Assembly (NCBI GenBank): GCA_026397315.1
Contig: JAPLVC010000006.1
Location: forward strand, 1 to 64,000
From: Candidatus Aenigmatarchaeota archaeon
GTDB taxonomy: Archaea; Aenigmatarchaeota; Aenigmatarchaeia; QMZP01; QMZT01
Direction: 5' to 3'
DNA: 64,000 nucleotides
The notes below the pieces were generated by a model, which saw only the letters and a program-made list of their open reading frames with translations, did not search any database and had not been told where the DNA came from. Within the stretch, counting starts at the first letter, position 1, and every line of letters begins with the position of its first letter. A program made the translations under genes and the position numbers. This document shows, in pieces, positions 48,958 to 58,593 of the stretch.

Positions 48958-50261
48958 CGATGAAGAAGACTAAGAAGTTCGACCGTGTCTTCCGCGTAAG
49001 CTTCGGCGGCAGCATAAACCAGAGGCCGCTTGTTTTTGGAGACCTTATCATATTCGGATCAATGGATCATTTTCTCTATGCGATTGACTCCAAAACAGGC
49101 ATGGAAGCATGGAGAACCAAGGCAAATGGCATATTTTTTGAGTCATCCCCGATAACTGACGGGAAAACCATATTCATAGGCAATTACGATTACAATCTTT
49201 ACGCTGTCGACGCGAGGAACGGTAAAGTTTTGTGGAGATTCAAAACAGGCGGTGAGATACTTGGCACGCCCGCGTTGGACGAAAAAAACGTTTACATAGG
49301 TTCCAGGGACGGAAACCTTTACTGTGTTGACAAAATGACCGGCAGTGAAAAATGGCGTTTCAGAACAGGAGACTGGGTCGTAGCGACGCCGCTTGTCAAC
49401 GAAGGGAAGGTGTACATAGGCTCTTTCGACTGCAATTTTTATTGCCTAAACTCAGGAGATGGCAAGGAAGTTTGGCGCTTCAAGACAGGTGCGGAGATAT
49501 ACGACGTTTATCCTGGCAGCATCATCAACGGAAGGATTTTCGTGCCGTCTTTCGATAATAACCTGTATTGTCTCGATTCACGCACAGGCAAGGAAATCTG
49601 GAGGTTCGCGGGCTGCAAATACGGAACCGCTGCCGCCCCGATTTTTTACAAAAACATTCTTTATCACGAGACAAGAGACGGCATACTTTACGCCCTTTCA
49701 ATGGACGGCAAAGAAATATGGAGATTCAAGGCAGGAGGTCTCATAGGCATGCCGGTATTCAGGGGTAGCAGAATGTATGTAGGTTCAGCAGACAAGAACC
49801 TTTACTGTCTTGACATGAACGGCAAGGAGGTCTGGAGGTTCAGGACTGATGGCGACGTCTTCTGGCAGCCGGTGATAAAAGATGGCGTGATATACTTTAC
49901 GTCGTGGGACTGCCATCTTTACGCTGTGAATGTCGAAACCAGAGAAGAATTATGGAGATTCGCCACCAGCACAAAGACGCAGGCAGAATGGCCGCCTGCA
50001 TTCGAGGGATGGGAAGCGGAGATAAAGAAGGCGACGCACATAGAGGACGCAATAAGCGAGGACCGCTACAAATCAAAACACGAGAAAAGCGTGTCGCTTT
50101 CCGATTATCACGTCAAGAGCGATTATGCCACGACCAGCGAATATAAACAGAAAAGCGATTATGATACTCAATGGGTCATGTTTGAAAATGTAATGGAGGA
50201 CGAGGAAATATGGACTTTGGATTTGAAAGTATTGACTCCGGATTTTCGGACTTCGATGTAG
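48897..50261 (+). CDS. PQQ-like beta-propeller repeat protein, copy 2
   Basis: Same architecture; overlaps copy 1 by 61 nt. Confidence 0.85.
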   Translation: MDFGFEGFESAGFDVDVEEVTMKKTKKFDRVFRVSFGGSINQRPLVFGDLIIFGSMDHFLYAIDSKTGMEAWRTKANGIFFESSPITDGKTIFIGNYDYNLYAVDARNGKVLWRFKTGGEILGTPALDEKNVYIGSRDGNLYCVDKMTGSEKWRFRTGDWVVATPLVNEGKVYIGSFDCNFYCLNSGDGKEVWRFKTGAEIYDVYPGSIINGRIFVPSFDNNLYCLDSRTGKEIWRFAGCKYGTAAAPIFYKNILYHETRDGILYALSMDGKEIWRFKAGGLIGMPVFRGSRMYVGSADKNLYCLDMNGKEVWRFRTDGDVFWQPVIKDGVIYFTSWDCHLYAVNVETREELWRFATSTKTQAEWPPAFEGWEAEIKKATHIEDAISEDRYKSKHEKSVSLSDYHVKSDYATTSEYKQKSDYDTQWVMFENVMEDEEIWTLDLKVLTPDFRTSM

Positions 50262-51586
50262 ACGTCGAGGAAGTCGTGATGAAGAAGACGAAGAGCTACG
50301 ACAGAGTCTGGAAGACCGGCGACGGAGGCAGCGTACAGGGTAATCCGATAATTCATAATGGCATGATATATTTCGGTTCTCATGACGGCTATGTTTATGG
50401 TGTAAATGATAAAGGCAAAATAACATGGAGATTCCAGACTAACGGAGCTATTCTAGGTTCACCTGTCATTTACAAAAATTCCATATTAATCGGCTCATTC
50501 GATGGCAGCATGTACAGGATAGACGTGGAAGAAGCGAAAGCTGTGTGGATTTTCAAGACTTCTGACAAGATATTCAGCGCTCCGTTCGTTTACAATGATA
50601 TTGTGTACTTCGGCTCAAAGGACGGCAACGTGTATGCTGTGGACTGCGAAAATGGAAAAGAACTCTGGCGCTTCAGGACAGGCGGCGATGTAGCATGTTC
50701 TCCTGTAACTGAAAAAGGAAAGGTTTACGTAACTTCATATGATCACAACATGTATTGCCTGAATGCAAAGACCGGAAAAGAAATATGGCGTTTCAGAACC
50801 GGAGATGAGATGTTAAACAACATACCTTTTGTCATAAACAATGGTGTGATATATTTCGGAAGCTTCGACTGCTATATTTACGCAGTCAACTGTGATACTG
50901 GAAAGGAATTGTGGCGTTTCAGGACAGGCAAATACGGCATAGGAGGCAGCACACCAAATGTATATAAAAACAAAATTTATTTCGGTTCCAGGGACGGCGA
51001 TTTCTACGCACTTGCCATGAACGGCAAAGAGCTCTGGAGATTCAGGGCGGGCGGTCCGATAATAGGTCAGCTGGCTCAGTTTTATGAAGACATGATAATT
51101 TTCGGCTGCGAAGACGGTAACATGTACTTTCTGGACATGGACGGCAACGAGATAGGCCGCTTCAAAACAGGAGGAAGGCTTTACGGAAGATTTCTTTTGC
51201 ATGAAGGCAGAATCTACTTCGGCAGCTGGGATTGCTATTTTTATGCCGTTGATGTGACGAGCAAAAAGGAGCTTTGGCGCTGCCCGACCAGTAGCATGGC
51301 TCCCTCAACCATACCGCCTGTGCATGACGTATTCAGTGCGGAAATCAAAAAAGGGACGCACATCGAAGACACGATAACAGAGGACAGATACAAATCCAAG
51401 AAGAAGGAAGAAGCGGTTTCTTTGTCCAGTTATCAGATAAGGTCGGAATATGCCAGCACATCTGAATACAAACAGAAGTCCGACTATAACGTTAATCTAG
51501 TCGTATTTGAAAGTGTGTTAGAAGGTGAGGATATATGGACTTCGGATTTGAAGGTTTCGACAACTCCGATTTTGAAACAGAATTAG
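50210..51586 (+). CDS. PQQ-like beta-propeller repeat protein, copy 3
   Basis: Same architecture; overlaps copy 2 by 52 nt. Confidence 0.85.
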   Translation: MDFGFESIDSGFSDFDVDVEEVVMKKTKSYDRVWKTGDGGSVQGNPIIHNGMIYFGSHDGYVYGVNDKGKITWRFQTNGAILGSPVIYKNSILIGSFDGSMYRIDVEEAKAVWIFKTSDKIFSAPFVYNDIVYFGSKDGNVYAVDCENGKELWRFRTGGDVACSPVTEKGKVYVTSYDHNMYCLNAKTGKEIWRFRTGDEMLNNIPFVINNGVIYFGSFDCYIYAVNCDTGKELWRFRTGKYGIGGSTPNVYKNKIYFGSRDGDFYALAMNGKELWRFRAGGPIIGQLAQFYEDMIIFGCEDGNMYFLDMDGNEIGRFKTGGRLYGRFLLHEGRIYFGSWDCYFYAVDVTSKKELWRCPTSSMAPSTIPPVHDVFSAEIKKGTHIEDTITEDRYKSKKKEEAVSLSSYQIRSEYASTSEYKQKSDYNVNLVVFESVLEGEDIWTSDLKVSTTPILKQN

Positions 51587-52893
51587 AAGAGTTTGAAGTC
51601 AAGAAAGTCAGGAAATTCGACAGGATGTGGAAAATAGGCGAAGGAGGCAGCATCGCTTTTTCCACAATTTACGATGACAGAATTTTATTCAGTTGTGCGG
51701 ACAAACATGTTTACTGTGCCGACATTAAGACGGGCAGAGAAATTTGGAGATTCAGGACCGGAAAAATAGTGATGTCGAAACCCGTCGTAAAGAATGATGT
51801 GGTCTATTTCGGTTCATATGACGGTAAGTTTTATGCAGTTGATGTGAATTCCGGAAAGGAACTTTGGAAATTCAATGCCGGCAGCGAGACATTCATCGGT
51901 TCTTGTGTTAGCGACGATACTGTTTTTTTCGGTTGCCGGAATGGATATCTTTATGCTCTGAGTTTTAATGGAAAAGAAAAATGGCGTTTCAGAACTGGAG
52001 AAGAAATTGTATCGGTCCCTATTGTACATGAAACCAGAATCTTCATCGGCTCTTTCGACAGCAATTTTTATTGTATCGACACGAAAAACGGTAAAGAGAT
52101 TTGGCGCTTCAGGACGGGTGATTGCATTCACGTTGACTGGCCTCCGCTGATAAATGAAAACAAGATACATTTCGCTTCTTTCGATAATTACCTTTATTCC
52201 GTGGACATAGATACAGGTAAGGAAGTCTGGCGTTTCAGGACCGGTAGATATGGCAATTCATCAAGTCCAGTGCTGTATAATAATGTGATTTACTATGGCT
52301 CGAGAGATGGCATACTTTTTGCCCTCACACTTGACGGAAAGGAAATATGGAGATTTAAGGCAGGTGGTATGATAGAAGGCAAGCCTTGTGCCCATGATGA
52401 TAGAATTTACTTTGGTGCCGAAGATGGTAACATGTATTGCTTGGATATGAACGGAAAGGAGATCTGGAGGTTCAGAACTTCAGCGGCAATTTATGATTCG
52501 CCAAAAATTCATGATGGTATTTTGTATTTCGGTTCTTGGGATTGTCACCTGTATGCAATAAAGCTTAACGGTGAAGAATTGTGGAGATTCAACACCAGTT
52601 CAAACGTGATAGCACCGGCACCGCCGGCATACGATTCTTTCAAGATGGAAATCATGAAATCAGGTTTAGCGGAAGACGTAAAAACAACGGGCAGATACAA
52701 AAAATCCAAGGAAGAAATAATCTCACTGTCTGATTATAACGTTAAAAGCGACTACGCGACGACGAACGAATACAAGCAAAAATCGGATTACGACACCCAG
52801 TGGGTAATGTTTGAAGGTATTCTGAATGAGGAGGAACTGACATGTCTTTCGAATTTGGCGGATTCGAGTCCGCGGACTTTGATGTTGAATTAG
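51535..52893 (+). CDS. PQQ-like beta-propeller repeat protein, copy 4
   Basis: Same architecture; overlaps copy 3 by 52 nt; SD GGTGAGG upstream. Confidence 0.85.
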   Translation: MDFGFEGFDNSDFETELEEFEVKKVRKFDRMWKIGEGGSIAFSTIYDDRILFSCADKHVYCADIKTGREIWRFRTGKIVMSKPVVKNDVVYFGSYDGKFYAVDVNSGKELWKFNAGSETFIGSCVSDDTVFFGCRNGYLYALSFNGKEKWRFRTGEEIVSVPIVHETRIFIGSFDSNFYCIDTKNGKEIWRFRTGDCIHVDWPPLINENKIHFASFDNYLYSVDIDTGKEVWRFRTGRYGNSSSPVLYNNVIYYGSRDGILFALTLDGKEIWRFKAGGMIEGKPCAHDDRIYFGAEDGNMYCLDMNGKEIWRFRTSAAIYDSPKIHDGILYFGSWDCHLYAIKLNGEELWRFNTSSNVIAPAPPAYDSFKMEIMKSGLAEDVKTTGRYKKSKEEIISLSDYNVKSDYATTNEYKQKSDYDTQWVMFEGILNEEELTCLSNLADSSPRTLMLN

Positions 52894-54218
52894 AGGATTT
52901 GGTTATAAAGAGGACGAAAAAATTCGACAGGATGTGGGAAGTCGGTTTCGGCGGCAGCATAAACAACGGAGTAAGGCTTGTTGATGGCGTAATATATTTC
53001 GGAGCCATGGACGGTTACGTTTATGCCGTCGATGCATCTACCGGAAAGGAAAAATGGAAATTCAAAACGAACGATGGCATTTGCGAAAGCACGCCAGCCG
53101 TCGCTGACGGAGTTCTTTACGTCGGTTCTTTTGATCACAACCTTTATGCTATTGATGCTAAAACAGGAAAATTCAAATGGTCGTTTAGGACTGGCGGGAT
53201 GATTGACGTTTCGCCTGAAGTTTCTGATGGCATTGCTTACGTCGGTTCGAGGGACGGGAATGTATACGCACTTGACTGTAAAACCGGAAAGGAAGTATGG
53301 CGCTTCAGGACTGGTGACGAAATAGCTTCGGCTCCGACAGTTTATGACAACATGATATTTAACGGCTCTTTTGATAAGAATTTTTACTGTCTCGACAAGA
53401 AGACGGGAAAGGAAATCTGGCGCTTCAGAACCGGCGGGGAAATACACAACGACAGGCCTTTCCTCGTGGTTAATGGAAGCATATATTTCACGTCATTCGA
53501 CAGCTATCTTTACTGCATTGACATAAAAACAGGAAAGGAAATATGGAGGTTCAGGACCGGCAGATATGGCAATGCCGGAAGCCCCGCTTTCCACAACGGC
53601 GTCATTTACCATGCATCTAGGGATGGCATTCTCTACGCCATTTCACTCGAAGGGAAAGAGCTGTGGAGGTTCAGAACTGAAAGGGAGGAATCGACGGATG
53701 CAATACCCCTGATATACAAGAACAGGATATATTTCGGGGCGGGAGATTCCAATCTCTACTGCCTGGATTTGAATGGCAAGGAGTTATGGAGATTCAGGGC
53801 TTCATACTGCATATACACTTCGGCAGCGGTCTTAAACAACGTGATATTCTTCAACTCGATGGATTGCCACTTATATGCGCTGGATGCGGACACCGGAGAG
53901 GAAGTGTGGAGATTCGCTACGTCGACGATGACAATATCACCTCTGCCGCCACCTTATGCATCCTTCAAACTCGAGGTCAGCAAGTCACAGGTATCTGAGC
54001 ATTTTGATATCAAAGAAAAATATAAGAAAGGCAAAGAAGAAACAGTATCGCTGTCTGATTATCACATCAAGAGCGATTACGCGACTACCAGCGAGTACAA
54101 GCAGAAAAGCGACTATGACACTCACTGGGTAATGTTTGATGAGGTCTTTGTCGATGAACCGGAAATTTTCTGCGGGATGCTTGGCGAAAGCGAAATACTG
54201 AAGACGCAGAAAGCCTGA
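52842..54218 (+). CDS. PQQ-like beta-propeller repeat protein, copy 5
   Basis: Same architecture; overlaps copy 4 by 52 nt; SD GAGGAGG upstream. Confidence 0.85.
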   Translation: MSFEFGGFESADFDVELEDLVIKRTKKFDRMWEVGFGGSINNGVRLVDGVIYFGAMDGYVYAVDASTGKEKWKFKTNDGICESTPAVADGVLYVGSFDHNLYAIDAKTGKFKWSFRTGGMIDVSPEVSDGIAYVGSRDGNVYALDCKTGKEVWRFRTGDEIASAPTVYDNMIFNGSFDKNFYCLDKKTGKEIWRFRTGGEIHNDRPFLVVNGSIYFTSFDSYLYCIDIKTGKEIWRFRTGRYGNAGSPAFHNGVIYHASRDGILYAISLEGKELWRFRTEREESTDAIPLIYKNRIYFGAGDSNLYCLDLNGKELWRFRASYCIYTSAAVLNNVIFFNSMDCHLYALDADTGEEVWRFATSTMTISPLPPPYASFKLEVSKSQVSEHFDIKEKYKKGKEETVSLSDYHIKSDYATTSEYKQKSDYDTHWVMFDEVFVDEPEIFCGMLGESEILKTQKA

Positions 54219-54300
54219 CAATGCTTTTTAAGCAAAGGCCCGTTAAATTTATCTTAGCTTTTATGGCTCTTATTTAACAAAATAAGACAAAGTGATAAAT

Positions 54301-55518
54301 ATGGTGAACGAGGACATTCGAAAGAGACGACTGAAAGACTTAGTCGAAGAACTCGACAACTTCCGCGGACGGCACACGGAACTGGTTTCCGTCTACGTGC
54401 CGGCCGGTTTCAACCTTTTCAAGGTCGCCGAGCAGATAAACAACGAGAAGTCGACCGCTCAGAACATAAAATCCAGGACCGTGCGCAAGAACGTCATATC
54501 CGCGCTCGAGCGCATAACCCAGCACATCAAGCTCTACAAGCAGACGCCGCCGAACGGGCTGGTCATTTTCGCAGGCAACATCTCGGAACGCGAGGGCGTA
54601 TCGGACGTCGAGATATACGCGCTCGAGCCGCCGGAACCGCTGAACCAGCGATTGTACCGATGCGACCAGAAGTTCGTGCTCGACCCGCTCAAGGAAATGG
54701 TACGCGAGCGCGAGATATTCGGCATCGTGCTCATAGACAAATCAGAGGCCGACGTCGGTCTGCTTCATGGCAAGAAGGTCAAGCCGCTCAAGCACATGGA
54801 CTCGATGGTCCCTGGAAAGACGGAGGCAGGCGGCTGGTCCCAGGCCAGATACGCTCGTGTGCGCGAAGGCCTGCTGAACGATTTCATGAAGAAGGTCGGT
54901 GAAATCGCCTCGCAGCATTTCAACGAGCAGAAGGATTTGTTGGGTGTGATTGTGGGAGGACCCGGCCCGATAAAGGAAATGTTCGCTAGCGGCGATTTCC
55001 TGAGATACGATTTCAAGAAGAAAATAATCACGGTGGTTGACACGTCTTACATGGGCGAATACGGCCTTGAGGAAGCGGTCAACAGGGCCGAAGAGGCGCT
55101 CAAGGAAGCGAGCGTCATGAAAGAAAAGAAGCTGCTTATACGCTTTTTCAACGAGCTCGGCAAGGATTCAGGACTAGCGATATATGGCCTTAAGGAGACT
55201 GTGGAAGCGCTTAAATCTGGGATAGTCGAGATGCTTATGGTTTCAGAACATTTCGACTGGGTTAAAGCAAACATAAAATGCCCCGATTGCGGCGAGGAAA
55301 AGGAAGTCGTAATGCTGAGGGACAAGCTGGAGAGCCTGAAATGCGAAAAGTGCAACGAGCTTTACGAGATTCTTGCCGAGAAAGACCTCACGGATGAAAT
55401 AATCAAGATAGCCGAGGAAATGAACACGAAAGTCGAGATGGTTTCCGCCGACACGAAGGAAGGCGCGCAACTGAAAGACATGGGCGGAATCGGAGGGATT
55501 CTCAGGTATAAGGCTTAG
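54301..55518 (+). CDS. prf1: Peptide chain release factor aRF1 (GGWSQ variant)
   Basis: TELVSVY, NIKS, YRCD, GGPG..K, C-terminal Zn knuckle, GGIGGILRY. Confidence 0.92.
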   Translation: MVNEDIRKRRLKDLVEELDNFRGRHTELVSVYVPAGFNLFKVAEQINNEKSTAQNIKSRTVRKNVISALERITQHIKLYKQTPPNGLVIFAGNISEREGVSDVEIYALEPPEPLNQRLYRCDQKFVLDPLKEMVREREIFGIVLIDKSEADVGLLHGKKVKPLKHMDSMVPGKTEAGGWSQARYARVREGLLNDFMKKVGEIASQHFNEQKDLLGVIVGGPGPIKEMFASGDFLRYDFKKKIITVVDTSYMGEYGLEEAVNRAEEALKEASVMKEKKLLIRFFNELGKDSGLAIYGLKETVEALKSGIVEMLMVSEHFDWVKANIKCPDCGEEKEVVMLRDKLESLKCEKCNELYEILAEKDLTDEIIKIAEEMNTKVEMVSADTKEGAQLKDMGGIGGILRYKA

Positions 55519-56021
55519 CCGCCGCGGGGTTCGTATTCTTTTTTGTAAACAATCCAGAAAATTACAGGTATTGTGATTCCAAGCACAGCCCCGCCGATCA
55601 GATCTGCCGGCCAGTGGACGCCTAGGAAATATCGCGACGCAGCCACGAGCAATGCTAGCGCGTAAAGCGGCAGAAGCTGCTTCCTGCGCAGTGCCAGATA
55701 GAGCGAAGTCACGATTGCGAACATCGCCGTGGTGTGGCCGGACGGGAATGAATTGTCTATGTCGCAGTATGGGTTGCAGTCGGAAGCGACGACGCATGGT
55801 ATGCAAGGCCTTTCTATGATTATGAGGTTTTTTATCAGCAGCACTATGAGCAGCGATATCAGCACGCCGGGGATGTAGATGTAAAGAACCTTTCTGAAAA
55901 GCTTCCTTTTTTCTGACGATATCTTCTTCCTGAAAATGAAATACGTTAGCAAAAGGACTGCCGTCGAAGCGGCCCATATCTGCGGCTCGCCTATGTTGGT
56001 GACCAGATACCAAAAGTCCAT
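55515..56021 (-). CDS. PAP2-family membrane phosphatase
   Basis: K.....RP, SFPSGH, SRYFLGVHWPAD. Confidence 0.9.
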   Translation of the reverse strand: MDFWYLVTNIGEPQIWAASTAVLLLTYFIFRKKISSEKRKLFRKVLYIYIPGVLISLLIVLLIKNLIIIERPCIPCVVASDCNPYCDIDNSFPSGHTTAMFAIVTSLYLALRRKQLLPLYALALLVAASRYFLGVHWPADLIGGAVLGITIPVIFWIVYKKEYEPRGG

Positions 56022-56068
56022 AAGAACCAATTATGATTTGGTAAAACCTGATTAAATAACCAGCGAGC

Positions 56069-57070
56069 TTACTGCTGCGAGCCCGTGTGCACGTGTTTTA
56101 TTTCCATCGCTTCTTTCGGGCTGAAGTTCCTGAAAGACCTGCGGAAGAAAACCAGTCTCTTTTTCGCACCAGGGACGGAGCCCTCTATGAATATGTAATT
56201 GCCCCTGACCTCGCCGTAGTTGATGAAGCCGCCGTCGATTTTGACGCCTTCCTTGCCTATCTTGACGAGCCTCTTGTTGTATTCGGTCCTGGTCTGGAAG
56301 CCCATCTGGCCTGCCTGCGCTATCTTGCCGGGAAGGACTCTGCTCGGCGTGACGGGGCCCATTGTTCCAAGGTGGCGCATCTTCAGCTTGTTTTTCCTGC
56401 TCCTGATCTTGATACCGAACCTCTTGACAGGACCCTGGTAACCCTTGCCCTTCGACACGGCTTTAACATCGAGAAATTCGCCTTCGGCGAAAACCTCGGA
56501 AACATCAAGCTCCTTGCCCAGCTTCTCCTTCGCGTATTTCCATTTATCTTCCACGGAGCCTGAAAGGTCGAGCTCGAAGACTTCAGGCTTCTTTTTCTCT
56601 ATTGCAGTGTCTCTAGGCTGCGTATGAACAAGAAGACGAACGTCTGCGAAGTCGTTAAGCCTGCCGTCGAAATCAGAAACCTGTTTTGTCGCTTTTTCGG
56701 GCAGGTTGAGTTTTCTGGCAAGGTCCTTTTTCTGGTCCTTGGCCCATATCATGCCCATGTTGGTGTAGGTGTTTATGTACTTGCCGTAGACCTTGATGCC
56801 GAAAACATAAAGCGGAGGGCATTCGAAAACCGAAACGGCCCTCGAGATTTCCATGCCGTGCGTCGGGCTCTTTTTCCTGCTGTCCATGAATATGACGTGT
56901 GTCATGCCCGCCTTGTAGCCGGCGAATTCAACGGGTTTCGTGGTCGCGCCCATTATCTTCTGGACACTCACGAGCTGCGGCGAATGCTTGAGCCTGGGAT
57001 AAATTCGCTTCGCCCTCTTCTTCGGCCAGAATGCCCTTGAACCAGCTCTTGGTTTGTGTCCTCTTGCCAT
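56069..57070 (-). CDS. rpl3: 50S ribosomal protein uL3
   Basis: PRAGS..FWPKKRA, GYKAGMTH, KGKGYQGPVKRFG, GQMGFQTRTEYNK. Confidence 0.97.
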   Translation of the reverse strand: MARGHKPRAGSRAFWPKKRAKRIYPRLKHSPQLVSVQKIMGATTKPVEFAGYKAGMTHVIFMDSRKKSPTHGMEISRAVSVFECPPLYVFGIKVYGKYINTYTNMGMIWAKDQKKDLARKLNLPEKATKQVSDFDGRLNDFADVRLLVHTQPRDTAIEKKKPEVFELDLSGSVEDKWKYAKEKLGKELDVSEVFAEGEFLDVKAVSKGKGYQGPVKRFGIKIRSRKNKLKMRHLGTMGPVTPSRVLPGKIAQAGQMGFQTRTEYNKRLVKIGKEGVKIDGGFINYGEVRGNYIFIEGSVPGAKKRLVFFRRSFRNFSPKEAMEIKHVHTGSQQ

Positions 57071-57080
57071 AAAGCATCAC

Positions 57081-57470
57081 TTAGACTCTGCGTCCTCCGC
57101 GTCCGCCCGGCTTCCTCGTGGTGTCGTGCGGGACAGGAGTCGCGTCCTCTATCCTGCCTATCCTAAGGCCCGCTCTGACCAGCGCTCGGATCGCAGGCTG
57201 TGCTCCAGCGCCCGGGATTTTCTTCTTGTGGCCGCCCTGTGCGCGGATTTTAAGATGAACTCCGACAAGGCCTTTTGATATCGCTTCCTCGGCTACTTTC
57301 CTGGCAGCTTTCATGGCGGGGAATGGCGAACCTTTGTCTTTGTCCCTGCTGGTTATCATGCCGCCTGAGCAGCGGGCGATGGTCTCGGAACCTGTAAGGT
57401 CGGTTATGTGGATGATGGTGTTGTTGCCTGAAGAATAGATGTGAGCGATTCCCCATTTTTCGTCTTTCAT
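57081..57470 (-). CDS. rps11: 30S ribosomal protein uS11
   Basis: [37 protein letters not shown]. Confidence 0.97.
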   Translation of the reverse strand: MKDEKWGIAHIYSSGNNTIIHITDLTGSETIARCSGGMITSRDKDKGSPFPAMKAARKVAEEAISKGLVGVHLKIRAQGGHKKKIPGAGAQPAIRALVRAGLRIGRIEDATPVPHDTTRKPGGRGGRRV

Positions 57471-57928
57471 TGTTTACCACCCTCTGCGTTTATCAGGTTC
57501 TCCTTGTCGACCGGAACTATGTATGCCGGGAAGACCATTTTCCTTCCCTCAACAAAAATATGACCGTGCGTTATCCTCTGCCTCGCTTCCTTTACTGACG
57601 AGGCGAAGCCTTTCTTGAAAACGAGCGTCTGCAGGCGACGGTTAAGAAGTTCGCCAGCTTTCAGCTGCAGCACCTGGTCGAGGCCCTGGCCCTTCTGGAT
57701 AAGGCCCAGGTAAACCAGTCTGTCAAGCAGAATCTGGGTTTTATTCTCGTCTTTCACTGCGATAAGGCTCCTTGCCCTTCTCCTGAAGTTGCGGACGCGC
57801 TCTTCCGCGCTCCATATCTCTCTCTTTCTGCGAAGGCCGAACTCTTTCAGCAACTTGGTTTCATCTTCGAGTCTCGCTGAATCCCATGGCGCTCTCGGTC
57901 TTGAAAGTTTCTTTTTAAGTCTTCTCAT
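57467..57928 (-). CDS. rps4: 30S ribosomal protein uS4
   Basis: [27 protein letters not shown]. Confidence 0.95.
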   Translation of the reverse strand: MRRLKKKLSRPRAPWDSARLEDETKLLKEFGLRRKREIWSAEERVRNFRRRARSLIAVKDENKTQILLDRLVYLGLIQKGQGLDQVLQLKAGELLNRRLQTLVFKKGFASSVKEARQRITHGHIFVEGRKMVFPAYIVPVDKENLINAEGGKQ

Positions 57929-57934
57929 AAATCA

Positions 57935-58504
57935 TCACTTCTTGCCTTTGTCTTCCTTTGAGCCGGCACCAGAGCCCGGTTTGGCCTTGCTCCTCTGCAC
58001 GCCTATCGTGCTGCCGCTTCTGAAAGAACTTCTTGTTCTCTGGCCGCGGACGGGCTGGCCAAGCGAATGCCTGACGCCTTTGTAGCATCTTATCTTCTTC
58101 ATCCTGTCTATGTCGTTCTTCTCCGTAAGATCGAGCTGAGAAGTCGTAAGATGGAAAGTATCGCCCTTTTCAGGGTCCTTTCTCCTGTTGAACATCCATG
58201 AGGGGATTTTATACTTCTCCGTGTTGTTTATGATATCCTCGAGCTTGCTGAGGTCATGCTCGCTCAACTCGGACAACTTCTTGTTGCCAAAACCTGATAT
58301 GTCGGCTATCGCGTGCGACAAAGAATATGATATGCCTGATATGCCCATGATGGCGTGCTGGACCTTCCTGTTGCCGTCGAGGTTCGTTTCGCCCAGCCTG
58401 ATTATGTTTTTTAACCTCTTGTCCGATCCGAATTCCTTCTTCTCTTCCTTCTTCTTGTCTGTCTTTTCGACCTTCTCTTTCTTTTGCGTTTTTTCATCAG
58501 CCAT
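57935..58504 (-). CDS. rps13: 30S ribosomal protein uS13
   Basis: IPSWMFNRRKD, YKGVRH..G.PVRGQRT. Confidence 0.97.
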   Translation of the reverse strand: MADEKTQKKEKVEKTDKKKEEKKEFGSDKRLKNIIRLGETNLDGNRKVQHAIMGISGISYSLSHAIADISGFGNKKLSELSEHDLSKLEDIINNTEKYKIPSWMFNRRKDPEKGDTFHLTTSQLDLTEKNDIDRMKKIRCYKGVRHSLGQPVRGQRTRSSFRSGSTIGVQRSKAKPGSGAGSKEDKGKK

Positions 58505-58593
58505 GAATACACCGATATATACAGTATGTCAATATGTAAAGACAATTATATAAATGAATATTTAAATATTACAGACCGGTTCATGCCATTCAT

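Noticed and set aside
47575-54218. Annotation as quinoprotein dehydrogenases or BamB
   Set aside because: No signal peptide or lipobox, no recognisable dehydrogenase catalytic insertions, and no outer-membrane context; only the fold repeat is supported
47308-54290. Propeller array as a tRNA-integrated mobile island or a diversity-generating retroelement target
   Set aside because: The array is on the 5' side of the tRNA; I saw no att duplication, integrase, reverse transcriptase or template/variable repeat pair
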